DNA of 64,000 bases, from the IMG/VR virus record IMGVR_UViG_3300020048_000042, positions 58,313-122,312 of that record, one strand, 5' to 3'. Under the pieces are notes generated by a model. It was given only the letters and a program-made list of their open reading frames with translations, was not told the origin of the DNA and did not search any database. Numbering within the stretch: the first letter of the stretch is position 1; each line of letters starts with the position of its first letter. Source of the stretch: a virus. Positions 35,159 through 44,220 of this stretch are shown piece by piece. Both the position numbers and the translations under genes were made by a program.

Positions 35159-37021
35159 TTACAACATTACACGCTCTTTTACAAGTTTGTCAATCTTCCG
35201 CGACATGTACCCTACCATTTCACGTGGTAAATCTTTGATGTTTGTCATCTTAATAAAGTGATCAAACATTTGAGAAGAAGGTACAGACTCTTCAATTGCA
35301 ATCTGTATAATTTGGAAACCAAGATTTTGAGCCTTGCTTACCTTAGCACGTGTGTCATTAATTGCAGATTGACCACCATAGTCATATGCAGCAGGTTGAC
35401 CATCAGACAAAACAAACAACAAACCTACGTCTTCTGTCTGTTTTCTGATACGCTTAGCAGTTGCAAGAATCGCGTCACCATCACGGTTGTTAGATCTTGC
35501 TGAAACTGTACCTAAAGCATGAGGTTCTGCGTGAAACTTAGGCTCACGATAGATTCTGATTTGAGTAGTACCATATCCACTTTCGTCTGCTGTATGACCA
35601 TATATGTACAATTGCACATCACGCATACCTTTGAAGACTTCGTTGATAAAGATAGCAGCTTCACGTGCTTTCTGAATTTTACTTCCACACATTGAACCAG
35701 ACTCATCAATAAGAACACCTACACAGATCTTATCAGTTTTTACTTGACCATAACGCTCATACACAGTTGGTACTCTTTGAACTGCCTCAGCAATCTTATT
35801 AGTATCCAATCTACCTGAACGCATAGACTTCATAGCAAACTGATAGTCCTTGCTTTTTCGTGCAAACAATTTCTGTAACACTGCAGCTTTGGTTGTGTCA
35901 ATATTCTTCACACAACGTTGATAAGATGCTTTGTCAGAGTTAGCTTTGATAAAATTAACAGTTCCATCGCTTGCAGAACCTTCAGATTCATAGTCTATGT
36001 GCTTTCTAGCCATTGGCTCTTCTGTCATGTCTTCAACAAAATCCTCAAATGCTGCCATTTCAGCTTCATCACCTTCATCTGCATCGTCTTTACCAAAAGA
36101 GTCTTCCATTAAGTCTTTTGCAAAGTCATTGACTTCACTTTTACTCATGCCTGGCGCACCTGAACCAGGTGATTTTGATTCGTCTTCTCCTTCTCCACCA
36201 TCGTCATCATCTTCACCACCTTCGCCACCACCAGGTGGTTCTTCTTCTTCTTCTACATACTTGTAGACAATGTTTGCAAGACTTGTAGCCATTGACATAC
36301 AATCGTCACTTGTACCAGGTATACCACCATGCTTCTTAAGAAGTCTTTCAATCTGCTTAAGTGGTGCAGCGAACTCTTCAAGTTCTTCTTCAGTCACATT
36401 TGCAGGATATCTCAACATTCTTGTCAGAAGGTCTAGAAGTCTTTTTTGTGGCTTTTCATGCTCACCTAAAGGCTCATAGTTTTTATCATACAAATGGTCT
36501 TTGTATTTCTGCACAAATTTCAAGTAACCAGGTAATCTGTTTGAAAGCTTTTTGTCAATACGCTCAGTATTCAAGACACTAAACATGTAGTCTTTCAAAG
36601 AGAAGTGTTTTCTTGAAGTATCTCTGCAGGTGATAGATTTACCATATTCGCTTGTAGTCTGCATTGATGCAAGTGCAGCGTTTTGTATAGCAGCACCATA
36701 AAATGCATCAAGAATATCAGGATCTGGTTCACGATACTTACCTTCCTCATCCTTTAACATATGAACAGGAATCTGCAACTGAGTGTTTTTCTTTGGGTCT
36801 CCTGCCTTGTATTCAAAGGTTTTTGGAACTCCAATCACTCTAAACATAGAGCCAATCATCTTTGCAGATACTTGTAAACTGTCTGTGGACTTTGTAAAGA
36901 AAGAAGAGTAATTACTTCTTCCACTATCCCAGTTAAAGAATCTGTTAGTGTTGTCCTTGTAAGTGTAGGATTCTTCTTGTCTTCTGCCAAACCAATCTTT
37001 GGCGTAGTTATTTTTGCTCAT
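35159..37021 (-). CDS. von Willebrand factor A domain protein (CobT/NorD-like)
   Basis: RSGRLD, MIDAS VLIDESGSM, NRDGDAI, VLSDGQP; acidic Gly/Pro linker. Confidence 0.88.
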   Translation of the reverse strand: MSKNNYAKDWFGRRQEESYTYKDNTNRFFNWDSGRSNYSSFFTKSTDSLQVSAKMIGSMFRVIGVPKTFEYKAGDPKKNTQLQIPVHMLKDEEGKYREPDPDILDAFYGAAIQNAALASMQTTSEYGKSITCRDTSRKHFSLKDYMFSVLNTERIDKKLSNRLPGYLKFVQKYKDHLYDKNYEPLGEHEKPQKRLLDLLTRMLRYPANVTEEELEEFAAPLKQIERLLKKHGGIPGTSDDCMSMATSLANIVYKYVEEEEEPPGGGEGGEDDDDGGEGEDESKSPGSGAPGMSKSEVNDFAKDLMEDSFGKDDADEGDEAEMAAFEDFVEDMTEEPMARKHIDYESEGSASDGTVNFIKANSDKASYQRCVKNIDTTKAAVLQKLFARKSKDYQFAMKSMRSGRLDTNKIAEAVQRVPTVYERYGQVKTDKICVGVLIDESGSMCGSKIQKAREAAIFINEVFKGMRDVQLYIYGHTADESGYGTTQIRIYREPKFHAEPHALGTVSARSNNRDGDAILATAKRIRKQTEDVGLLFVLSDGQPAAYDYGGQSAINDTRAKVSKAQNLGFQIIQIAIEESVPSSQMFDHFIKMTNIKDLPREMVGYMSRKIDKLVKERVML

Positions 37022-37050
37022 AAAATTGAGTTAATGATTAATACTAATAG

Positions 37051-37082
37051 AAAAGAGAGAGTATCACAGATGACACTCTCTC
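37051..37082 (-). terminator. hairpin/terminator between ATPase and VWA genes
   Basis: GAGAGAGT/ACTCTCTC inverted repeat with A4 on plus strand. Confidence 0.5.
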
Positions 37083-37115
37083 AGTATTCTACATTGCTGA
37101 TCCTACTACAGCATG

Positions 37116-38402
37116 CTAAAACGCAGATACAATAGAAAGTACCTTGCTACGCTCAGACACGCCAATACCATCTTCAAATAGAGGCATAATAGTAGACAAC
37201 AATGCTTTGTCTACATCAAACCCATCAGCAACTAAGCTAGCTGCTTGAAGTGTGTGACGAACTGAAATCGCAGAAGATAATTCCTGCTCTTTGTACTGCT
37301 TACGTATTTCATTGGAAACACGCACAATTGCAGTTGCAGCTTTTTCCTCAACACCTGTACGAAGCATGATGATTTTAATCTCATCTTCTTGTTGAGGATA
37401 GTCAAGCTCAATAGGAAAGAAACGGTCAAGCAATGCTCTATCTATTGCCTGTGTACCAGAGTACTCAGAACCAATATTAGCAGTTGCAAAGAACACAGTG
37501 TTTTCATTCACTTGAACAGTTCTTTCACCTTCATCGCAAGCGATATCAACAGGCAAATAACGTCTTTTGTCCAAACATGGAAATAAAATGTTATTTGCTG
37601 CAAGTGGTGAACGATTAAGCTCATCTAACAACACAATTCCTCCAGACTTGATATGTCCTACAAAAGGAGCATAATCAAACGCTGAATGACCTTCTTTGTT
37701 GATACGGTGTACACCTAACAAAGCAGATTGAGCATCTTGCACAGTACCCATATCCTGAGTGTGCAAATCTTTACCCATTGCTTTTGCTAAGTGAACCAAG
37801 ATTTCTGTTTTACCAGAACCTGTAGGTCCTACCAACAAAGTATTCTCTCCACGCAATACATTACGCACCATCAAGAACCAGATGTCTGGATCAATGTGGA
37901 ATCCACAATCCTCACGTTTTGGTACTGGATAATGCGCAGCAATTGTACGCTTTAAGTTTGTTCCTGAAGGAATCTCTCCTTCTTCAACTGGCTTAGGTGA
38001 TACCTTAGCATCCCAGTCAAATTTGTAGCCAAATGATGCAAACTGATTTGCCATGTCTTTGACATAATCTACATCATAATCTCCACAGTCTAACATATAG
38101 TCAACTGCAAAGTCACATACCTCTTGAATCTTTGCTTCACCCAATGCAGAGATTGGAAACGCAGATTTTTCAAAGAACATTGCGGTAACATGTTCTTTCA
38201 TTACGTGCAAATGGTCGTCTTCAGGGAAGTCATACTCATCTGCTATGAAAATGGTTCCAAGTGGAAACTTTGCAAACTCAGCAATAGGACCTGTAATTTT
38301 CAAGTCTTCTAAACTACGCGTTAGTTTCTTTTCAAATGCTTGACCTTTTAAAGTCTTAATTTGGTAACTTGTACCTTCAATAATTGATTGCAATAGGATC
38401 AT
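37116..38402 (-). CDS. MoxR-class AAA+ ATPase (CbbQ/NirQ/NorQ/CobS-like) with extra N-terminal domain
   Basis: GPTGSGKT, LLDELNR, FATANIG.EYSGT..IDRALLDRF, ISVRH. Confidence 0.9.
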   Translation of the reverse strand: MILLQSIIEGTSYQIKTLKGQAFEKKLTRSLEDLKITGPIAEFAKFPLGTIFIADEYDFPEDDHLHVMKEHVTAMFFEKSAFPISALGEAKIQEVCDFAVDYMLDCGDYDVDYVKDMANQFASFGYKFDWDAKVSPKPVEEGEIPSGTNLKRTIAAHYPVPKREDCGFHIDPDIWFLMVRNVLRGENTLLVGPTGSGKTEILVHLAKAMGKDLHTQDMGTVQDAQSALLGVHRINKEGHSAFDYAPFVGHIKSGGIVLLDELNRSPLAANNILFPCLDKRRYLPVDIACDEGERTVQVNENTVFFATANIGSEYSGTQAIDRALLDRFFPIELDYPQQEDEIKIIMLRTGVEEKAATAIVRVSNEIRKQYKEQELSSAISVRHTLQAASLVADGFDVDKALLSTIMPLFEDGIGVSERSKVLSIVSAF

Positions 38403-38502
38403 CTGTTTTACTTTTAAAACGTTAATAAATTCATCGCAGTACTTGACTGCATCTTGTCAAAAAACTCTTATGAGTTCTTAATGGTCATAAAAAAAGGTGA
38501 TT

Positions 38503-39006
38503 TTAAAAACCACCTTTGAAATCATTTAAGTTAAAGTCAGGACTTTCGTCTGAACCTCCTCCTTTTCGCCTCTTGTACTCTTTCATTTCTTGAATGATAG
38601 CATCTAAAGCAGGTTTGTCCATTCTTTCCATGGCAGCTTTTGCTCTTCTTTGAATATCTTCAAGAAATGGAAGGTCATCATGTGAAAATCCATCAAGAGC
38701 TTTTTCAAGATCATTCACAACATCCATTGGAGTACGAGTACTATTTTCTTCTCTAACAGAAGTTTGACTCATTTCACGATTTTGAATCTGTTCTAACTGC
38801 TCATAAGCTGTTTGTCTTGCTTCTTCAAGTTTCTCAGAAAGAAGATCAATCATCCCTATGCTCATGATAGGACTTCCTTTAACTTTAGTCACAATACCTA
38901 TAGGCATTCCTTCATCAGAAACCTCTATACCAATGATGATATGTTGGCCATATGATTCTTCTTTGCTTTCAACAAGATTTTTTAAGTCTAAGATTATACT
39001 TTTCAT
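38503..39006 (-). CDS. hypothetical protein
   Basis: 167-aa ORF. Confidence 0.6.
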   Translation of the reverse strand: MKSIILDLKNLVESKEESYGQHIIIGIEVSDEGMPIGIVTKVKGSPIMSIGMIDLLSEKLEEARQTAYEQLEQIQNREMSQTSVREENSTRTPMDVVNDLEKALDGFSHDDLPFLEDIQRRAKAAMERMDKPALDAIIQEMKEYKRRKGGGSDESPDFNLNDFKGGF

Positions 39007-39024
39007 CTTTTTCTTTTTAGAATA

Positions 39025-39339
39025 TTATTTTACTTCTTCAGCCAACTTCTTTAGTTCTGGGCTGCACTCTTCAATCAATTCAACAATTGGTTTTAACTTG
39101 TTTACAACAGAGTTAACCAACTCAAAGTACTGAGAGTCTTTGAATTTCTGAACATGATCTTCAGGAATGCTAATGATAGCAACACCATTGCCAAATGGAG
39201 TGTCTACACTTTTTGACATTACCTTTTTGTCAAGGTTCTCATTCAAGCTCTTTAAATACTTGTCAAAACGATAAAAAACAAGGATGATCTCCTCGTTTGA
39301 TAGACCTTTCATGTCTATTACTTTGTTCTCTTCACTCAT
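39025..39339 (-). CDS. hypothetical protein
   Basis: 104-aa ORF, ATGA overlap. Confidence 0.6.
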   Translation of the reverse strand: MSEENKVIDMKGLSNEEIILVFYRFDKYLKSLNENLDKKVMSKSVDTPFGNGVAIISIPEDHVQKFKDSQYFELVNSVVNKLKPIVELIEECSPELKKLAEEVK

Positions 39340-39860
39340 GGTAATTGAATTTCAGTGCTGATTTGTAAAAAATTCTTTGGTAACAACTTGCGATTGATGA
39401 ACTCATCTATCACATCTTTTGTTGACACTCCTAAATTACGCAACGTTGCAGACTTAGGCAAATCTAAATACCATTCATAATCTTTTTGACCAATATTGGT
39501 TCCAAAGATTGCGTTGATAATCTTAGTTTCACCTACAAAAAGCTTCTTTGCCTTAAGGACATGAAGATATTGCTTAGCTTTATTGTAATCAGATACAATT
39601 CTACTAAGTGTAGAAGGAGAAAAAGAAGCAATCTGCTCAGGAGCATATTCTTTTAAACCATACATCAAGCGTCTAAACATTTGTCTCTGAACCATGTTTA
39701 AGTGAATCTTTTCCACTTGTTCTTGTGTTCTTTTGACACTGTTTGATCTTGTAATCTTGTTTTGCGCAAGTTTGTCATACCTGATCATTTGAGCTTTACC
39801 GTTCAAATCATAGGTAACAATACCCTGCGCTGTGGCTGTAATGGATGCAAATTTCTGCAT
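39336..39860 (-). CDS. hypothetical protein
   Basis: 174-aa ORF (LNMVQRQMFRRLMYGL...LLPKNF). Confidence 0.65.
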   Translation of the reverse strand: MQKFASITATAQGIVTYDLNGKAQMIRYDKLAQNKITRSNSVKRTQEQVEKIHLNMVQRQMFRRLMYGLKEYAPEQIASFSPSTLSRIVSDYNKAKQYLHVLKAKKLFVGETKIINAIFGTNIGQKDYEWYLDLPKSATLRNLGVSTKDVIDEFINRKLLPKNFLQISTEIQLP

Positions 39861-39909
39861 AGTTAAAAATTAAAAAGTGAATACTTCAGCGTGCTTTACG
39901 CTATTTTAG

Positions 39910-40113
39910 TCATTTCCTCTCCCATAGAGGTGTTTCAAGATCCCATAAATGAGATGCAAGTCTGATCGTGATAACTGTTACAAAGGTCAGAGGCCCAAGT
40001 AATGTGTGTAGAAGATCTCCAATATCATATTTTCCAACTTCTACTGCATGTTGTATAATAATTGTTGTGTTTACAACATACAAAAACATAATGATAAAGA
40101 TGACTGCTAACAT
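39910..40113 (-). CDS. small two-TM membrane protein
   Basis: Two hydrophobic segments. Confidence 0.55.
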   Translation of the reverse strand: MLAVIFIIMFLYVVNTTIIIQHAVEVGKYDIGDLLHTLLGPLTFVTVITIRLASHLWDLETPLWERK

Positions 40114-40124
40114 GTTTTACAAAT

Positions 40125-40352
40125 TTAAAATGGTAAATTCTCTTCTTTTTCTTGTTCTAAAGCGTGTCCAGAACATGGCGGTACTTTGTTTACAGGTAGC
40201 GTAGCTTCTCTGTTCATTTCATCTTCCATTTCTTTTTCATAAAGTTCCTGCCATTTAGCTTGTTCAGCCCAATAAGCATCATCTTCATGATCTTGTCCAT
40301 GGTTTGGATCTTCTTCCAACATTTCCATGAACAATTCTTTCATTCGTCCCAT
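40125..40352 (-). CDS. small acidic protein ending EENLPF
   Basis: MGRMKELFMEM start; very E/D-rich. Confidence 0.6.
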   Translation of the reverse strand: MGRMKELFMEMLEEDPNHGQDHEDDAYWAEQAKWQELYEKEMEDEMNREATLPVNKVPPCSGHALEQEKEENLPF

Positions 40353-40354
40353 AC

Positions 40355-40606
40355 TTAACAGTTTTGGCGTTGATAATCCCTAATTTTCTTCAACAGTTCT
40401 TCATTAAAATTTGTAAAAAAACTTGTTGACATCAATGTTGTACCTACAATAGCTCTTTCTTCGCCTAAATAAGGCATGCTTGTAGCACCTACAGGTATTG
40501 GTCTTTCTACACCATCATCATCAACGTAAGTAATATCTGCTTTAAGGTTAAATCCTATGACAGATGTGATTACACTATTAAAATTTCTATTGTAAGACAT
40601 GATCAA
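40355..40606 (-). CDS. hypothetical protein
   Basis: 83-aa ORF. Confidence 0.5.
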   Translation of the reverse strand: MIMSYNRNFNSVITSVIGFNLKADITYVDDDGVERPIPVGATSMPYLGEERAIVGTTLMSTSFFTNFNEELLKKIRDYQRQNC

Positions 40607-40621
40607 TAATTTAAGTTAATA

Positions 40622-40882
40622 CTACTTTGATTTTACGTATGCCCAAACAAGCAAGAGTATTGCAGCAATAATGAATCCATACAACATGTACTTTAAAGGT
40701 CGCAACATGCGTTCTTCTTGTTGAATATTGTCTACAATTGATTCAAGATGTGCAATTCTTAGCTCTAGTTCATCACGTCTCATACGATACCAAGTTTCAT
40801 TTGGCTCATAAGTGTGTAAATCTTCAATTTCAAGTTGACATTTTGCAATCTCTGCATTTAGTCCATCTAATCGTTTGCTCAT
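40622..40882 (-). CDS. coiled-coil protein with C-terminal TM
   Basis: Heptads then MLYGFIIAAILLLVWAYV. Confidence 0.6.
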   Translation of the reverse strand: MSKRLDGLNAEIAKCQLEIEDLHTYEPNETWYRMRRDELELRIAHLESIVDNIQQEERMLRPLKYMLYGFIIAAILLLVWAYVKSK

Positions 40883-40920
40883 TTTCTTTAGTTTTAAGTT
40901 TGTGCTGTGTTGCCATGTAA

Positions 40921-40950
40921 AGGTGAGTGAATGTCATCAAACACTCACCT
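40921..40950. terminator. intergenic hairpin, probable terminator
   Basis: AGGTGAGTG/CACTCACCT 9-bp stem. Confidence 0.45.
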
Positions 40951-40981
40951 CATTCAAGGCCATCTACAACCACATAGAATA

Positions 40982-41386
40982 TTAATTCTCTTTCTCCTCT
41001 TGCAAAAATCTGTGTTCAATCATACGCAATAACAAATTCATATGATAAATAAAATCTTCCATTGTAAGATCACCAGTTAACTCAATACCTTTTCTAAATG
41101 CATCTTTCATTCCTTGCACTGTTTCATACAAAAACTTAAACACATCATCGTGTTCTTTTGCAAGCTTATCAAACTTATCAATCCAGTACTCATCATTTTG
41201 ATTTCTTGAACTGATAATCTCAAGAAGTTCTGAATAAGCTGTTTGTGTATCAGCAATCATGTTCTTGCAATTGACTATTTCTTGACTTTTCTTAACAAGT
41301 TCGTCTTGTAGCATTTTAATGTGTTGCTTATCACTTACAAGTTTTTTATCCTTGCTTACGCTTTGTTCTTTTCTTGGTCTTCCCAT
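40982..41386 (-). CDS. coiled-coil protein with N-terminal GRPRK (AT-hook-like)
   Basis: MGRPRKE start; helical heptads. Confidence 0.6.
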   Translation of the reverse strand: MGRPRKEQSVSKDKKLVSDKQHIKMLQDELVKKSQEIVNCKNMIADTQTAYSELLEIISSRNQNDEYWIDKFDKLAKEHDDVFKFLYETVQGMKDAFRKGIELTGDLTMEDFIYHMNLLLRMIEHRFLQEEKEN

Positions 41387-41526
41387 TTTCTTTAATGTTA
41401 GGTTTACGATTTGGTTCTACAAGTGTTCCTTCAACTACAACTCTATAAAAATTGTCAGTTGTCTCAACACACACTGTACATGTTGAGACATCAGTAGATA
41501 TGCATACTTTGCAAATACTTTCCATA

Positions 41527-41799
41527 TTAGTAAGCATCTTGTTCAGTTCCTAAACTAATCCAGTCTTCATCTCCTAAAATCCATACTTCACCAATGTATC
41601 CATCAGGACGCAAAACGTAAATTGTGGTAGGAAATTCTAGTACTATATAGCTATCAGCACGTTTGACAATGCTACCAAGCTTCTCATTTGAAAGCTTGAT
41701 AACGTTTTTTACAAAACGCTTTTCATCTCTTGTTAAGTCTTTTTGGCTATTTGCCTTGGACACACCTAACAGGACCAATAACATCATGATAATCTTCAT
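41527..41799 (-). CDS. small secreted protein
   Basis: Signal peptide MKIIMMLLVLLGVSKANS-Q. Confidence 0.55.
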   Translation of the reverse strand: MKIIMMLLVLLGVSKANSQKDLTRDEKRFVKNVIKLSNEKLGSIVKRADSYIVLEFPTTIYVLRPDGYIGEVWILGDEDWISLGTEQDAY

Positions 41800-42161
41800 A
41801 TGTCGTAATTATTTGAATCAACAAACACACCACTTAGATGGTAAGTGTTATCTTGTAAAAGCTCACCATGAACTCTTTGTCCAGGTGAATAGTCATCAAG
41901 TTTGATGGTGATAAGTTCATTTGCTATAGTATGTTGTACTTTAGAAATTCTCTCGTTAACGCTGAGATCATCAGCTGACATGTTGTAAATCTGTCTTGTG
42001 ACAGTCCAGTTGTCATCTTTATCCTTAGACAAAAACGCAAACATCTCAATACTAGAATTTTTGAACGTGTTTATAACGTCATTTAGTTTGTTTTCATCCA
42101 TAGGAATTAGGTTTTTGAATTGTATAAATATCTGCAACAACATGCAACACCCCTGAAGCAT
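41796..42161 (-). CDS. hypothetical protein
   Basis: ORF; true start probably MDENKLND (~42110). Confidence 0.5.
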   Translation of the reverse strand: MLQGCCMLLQIFIQFKNLIPMDENKLNDVINTFKNSSIEMFAFLSKDKDDNWTVTRQIYNMSADDLSVNERISKVQHTIANELITIKLDDYSPGQRVHGELLQDNTYHLSGVFVDSNNYDI

Positions 42162-42208
42162 GTCATTACAGATAAAAAATGAGCTACTTTAGCTCAGAAC
42201 ATCAAGTG

Positions 42209-42242
42209 AAAAAAAAAGGAGCCTTGTGGTTATCCAAGCTCC
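42209..42242 (-). terminator. intrinsic terminator
   Basis: A9 + GGAGC(C)TTG/CAAGCTCC hairpin. Confidence 0.65.
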
Positions 42243-42282
42243 AGCCAACCTTTTTAGTAGGATTTTTTTAAAAGAGGACTGC

Positions 42283-42519
42283 TTACTGAGCTAGTTTCCA
42301 TTTAGCCTTAGCAACTTTTAACTCTTCCTTCTCAACTTCAGTCTTTGAGAACACAGTAAAATCAATAGCAATCTTGTGCTTATTGATTAACGTGTGTAAC
42401 TCTTGACGAAGTGCATTGGCAGAGTTACCTGCTTCAGCTTTAGGAACCAACTTCACAGAGACTCTCGTCGCAAAGTTTATGTTCTTCATCGCTTTATATA
42501 AAAAATTGTGTAAATACAT
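42283..42519 (-). CDS. small hypothetical protein
   Basis: ORF; likely start MKNINFAT (42489). Confidence 0.45.
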   Translation of the reverse strand: MYLHNFLYKAMKNINFATRVSVKLVPKAEAGNSANALRQELHTLINKHKIAIDFTVFSKTEVEKEELKVAKAKWKLAQ

Positions 42520-42535
42520 TTCTGACAGTAAAGAT

Positions 42536-42564
42536 AAAAAAAAGAGGTGTATTTCAACCTCTTT
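42536..42564 (-). terminator. intrinsic terminator
   Basis: A-run + AAAGAGGT/ACCTCTTT hairpin. Confidence 0.65.
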
Positions 42565-42591
42565 CTCTACTTCCTACGGTATGACAAAGCT

Positions 42592-42885
42592 CTACTGAGC
42601 TGTTGTTTCATGTGGTTTTAATGCAGTAATTTGATCAACTAGATCATTCACTGCTTTTTCTGACAAGTAACCAATAACATCGTTAGTGATTTCTGTGTCA
42701 TAACAAATCTCCCAATCTGTGTCGTTACTGTACTTAAGCACAGCTAACTCCCACTTTCCTTGCTTACCACCATATGAGAATTGGTGTTGGACAATAGATG
42801 CTCCATATCCATTGTCAGCTTTGTAAAGGTACTGAATACCTGCATTTCTTTCTGTTGACTTAAAAGTCTTAAAATCTGTTGCCAT
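42592..42885 (-). CDS. conserved small phage protein (NGYGAS...SYG...WELAV family)
   Basis: Start ATG 42885 (MATDFKTF); DNGYGASIV..FSYGG..GKWELAVL...DVIGYL. Confidence 0.65.
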   Translation of the reverse strand: MATDFKTFKSTERNAGIQYLYKADNGYGASIVQHQFSYGGKQGKWELAVLKYSNDTDWEICYDTEITNDVIGYLSEKAVNDLVDQITALKPHETTAQ

Positions 42886-43017
42886 GTTGGTTGTTTTTAA
42901 ATGATTTGTCCCCTCTGCACTCAGCATGACGTAACTAGGTTCGTCTTAATGGTCTCCGCTGTCCAAATACTGCTCACCCTTGGGAAGTGAGTTGTGGTGC
43001 ATTAAACAAGTCACCAA

Positions 43018-43299
43018 GTGAATGAAACATATAGATAAAGCTAAAATCAAATACAAAAATAAAGACCTTTCTCTCTGCAAGGGCAAAAGCAAAAACTCAG
43101 ACTTAGTTTGAACATCCAATTGTACACGCATGTACGTAACCTGTATGTCATGTCCTAAGACCTAAAAGAGTTTGAGAGAAAGCGGTGTGGCCAATGGCCT
43201 TTCTGTATATAGTTAGTAAACTATGTTGCTATATCTTTTAAAAATTTCATTCACCTGGCGTAAAGAACAAAGGAATCAGCTTGTGCCTATCCTTTGTTC
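43018..43299 (-). ncRNA. ~240-nt rod-like hairpin plus 10-bp hairpin in 3' region of 43315-44217 gene
   Basis: Nested inverted repeats 43018-27/43245-54, 43033-41/43228-36, 43061-66/43197-202, 43067-75/43174-82, 43110-15/43150-55, apex 43122-43135; separate stem 43265-74/43290-99. Confidence 0.6.
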
Positions 43300-43314
43300 A
43301 CCCAGTAGGTAGTC

Positions 43315-44217
43315 CTAAGACTCCAAAAACATGTCAATGACACTTTGGAATCTAGGATCAACACTGATTCTCAGTGCTGCAGTCTCTTTTGTGAGAGTTT
43401 CGCGTTCAACTTCTGCTTCTTGTTGAGCAGCTCTACGTGCAGATGTCCATGCAGTATAAGCATTGTGATACTCAGAATTGTACTGAGATTCCACTTTGTT
43501 ATACTCATTGAGCATCTCCGCATTAGCTCTAGCAATGCGTGCATTCTCCATAGTCACAAGGTTCTTAACCTTAGCTTTGAAGTAATTCACTCTTTGCTCA
43601 TACTCACGATGAAGCTTTGCCAACTCCTCATGCTTAGAATTAAGCTGAGCAGGAGTGTGATGTTTCACTACTTTGACAGGAGTCTTTTCTCCGTCTTTAA
43701 TAGTAATCCACTCCAAAGAGGCAATCTTAGTGATCTGATCACGTAAGACAGAAAGAATTCCACGCTTGTGGATGAACTGACCAATGTGGGAAGCATAAGC
43801 TTCTTGCTCTAAGTACTCGTTGTACTCAGCATCAGACAGTTGTTTCCAACCCCAATCCTCATCAACAGGATTAAGCGTAGTTATCTCATCAACTTCTACT
43901 CTTATAGGAGCAGGAATGTCATAGACATAACGCATATTCCTAATAGAAGTCAATTCACTATCCTTCGCTTTTAATGCTTCCATTAAAAACGCTTGAGTAG
44001 CGTGTAACTTTGCTTTCTCCATGAGCAACTCATTCACATCAGCAGGAAGAGGCATTCCTTCTTGCTGCTCGTAAGATTCACCTGCAATGGTGATAGACTT
44101 ACTCACGTTGTTCACTGAATCCAGTTGATCAGCAATGTTTTGTGCTCTCTGATTGCATAGGTTGCTAATAGATTGCGCTTGGGACATGCTTAAACCCTTT
44201 GTAGACAAGTTTCTCAT
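43315..44217 (-). CDS. alpha-helical/coiled-coil protein of unknown function flanked by structured RNAs
   Basis: 300-aa ORF (GLSMSQAQSISNLCNQRA...EAYASHIGQFIH...YEQRVNYFKAKVKN...I.VDPRFQ); no catalytic motif recognised. Confidence 0.8.
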   Translation of the reverse strand: MRNLSTKGLSMSQAQSISNLCNQRAQNIADQLDSVNNVSKSITIAGESYEQQEGMPLPADVNELLMEKAKLHATQAFLMEALKAKDSELTSIRNMRYVYDIPAPIRVEVDEITTLNPVDEDWGWKQLSDAEYNEYLEQEAYASHIGQFIHKRGILSVLRDQITKIASLEWITIKDGEKTPVKVVKHHTPAQLNSKHEELAKLHREYEQRVNYFKAKVKNLVTMENARIARANAEMLNEYNKVESQYNSEYHNAYTAWTSARRAAQQEAEVERETLTKETAALRISVDPRFQSVIDMFLES

Positions 44218-44220
44218 AGT

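Noticed and set aside
35159-38402. Cobalamin biosynthesis (cobS/cobT) as an auxiliary metabolic pathway
   Set aside because: No cobN or other cob genes are present; MoxR-VWA pairs are general chaperones, so the cob label is unsupported
42946-43131. 61-aa ORF (and a short Lys-rich plus-strand ORF at ~43022-43110)
   Set aside because: Both fall within one arm of the rod hairpin; their low-complexity composition is explained by base pairing
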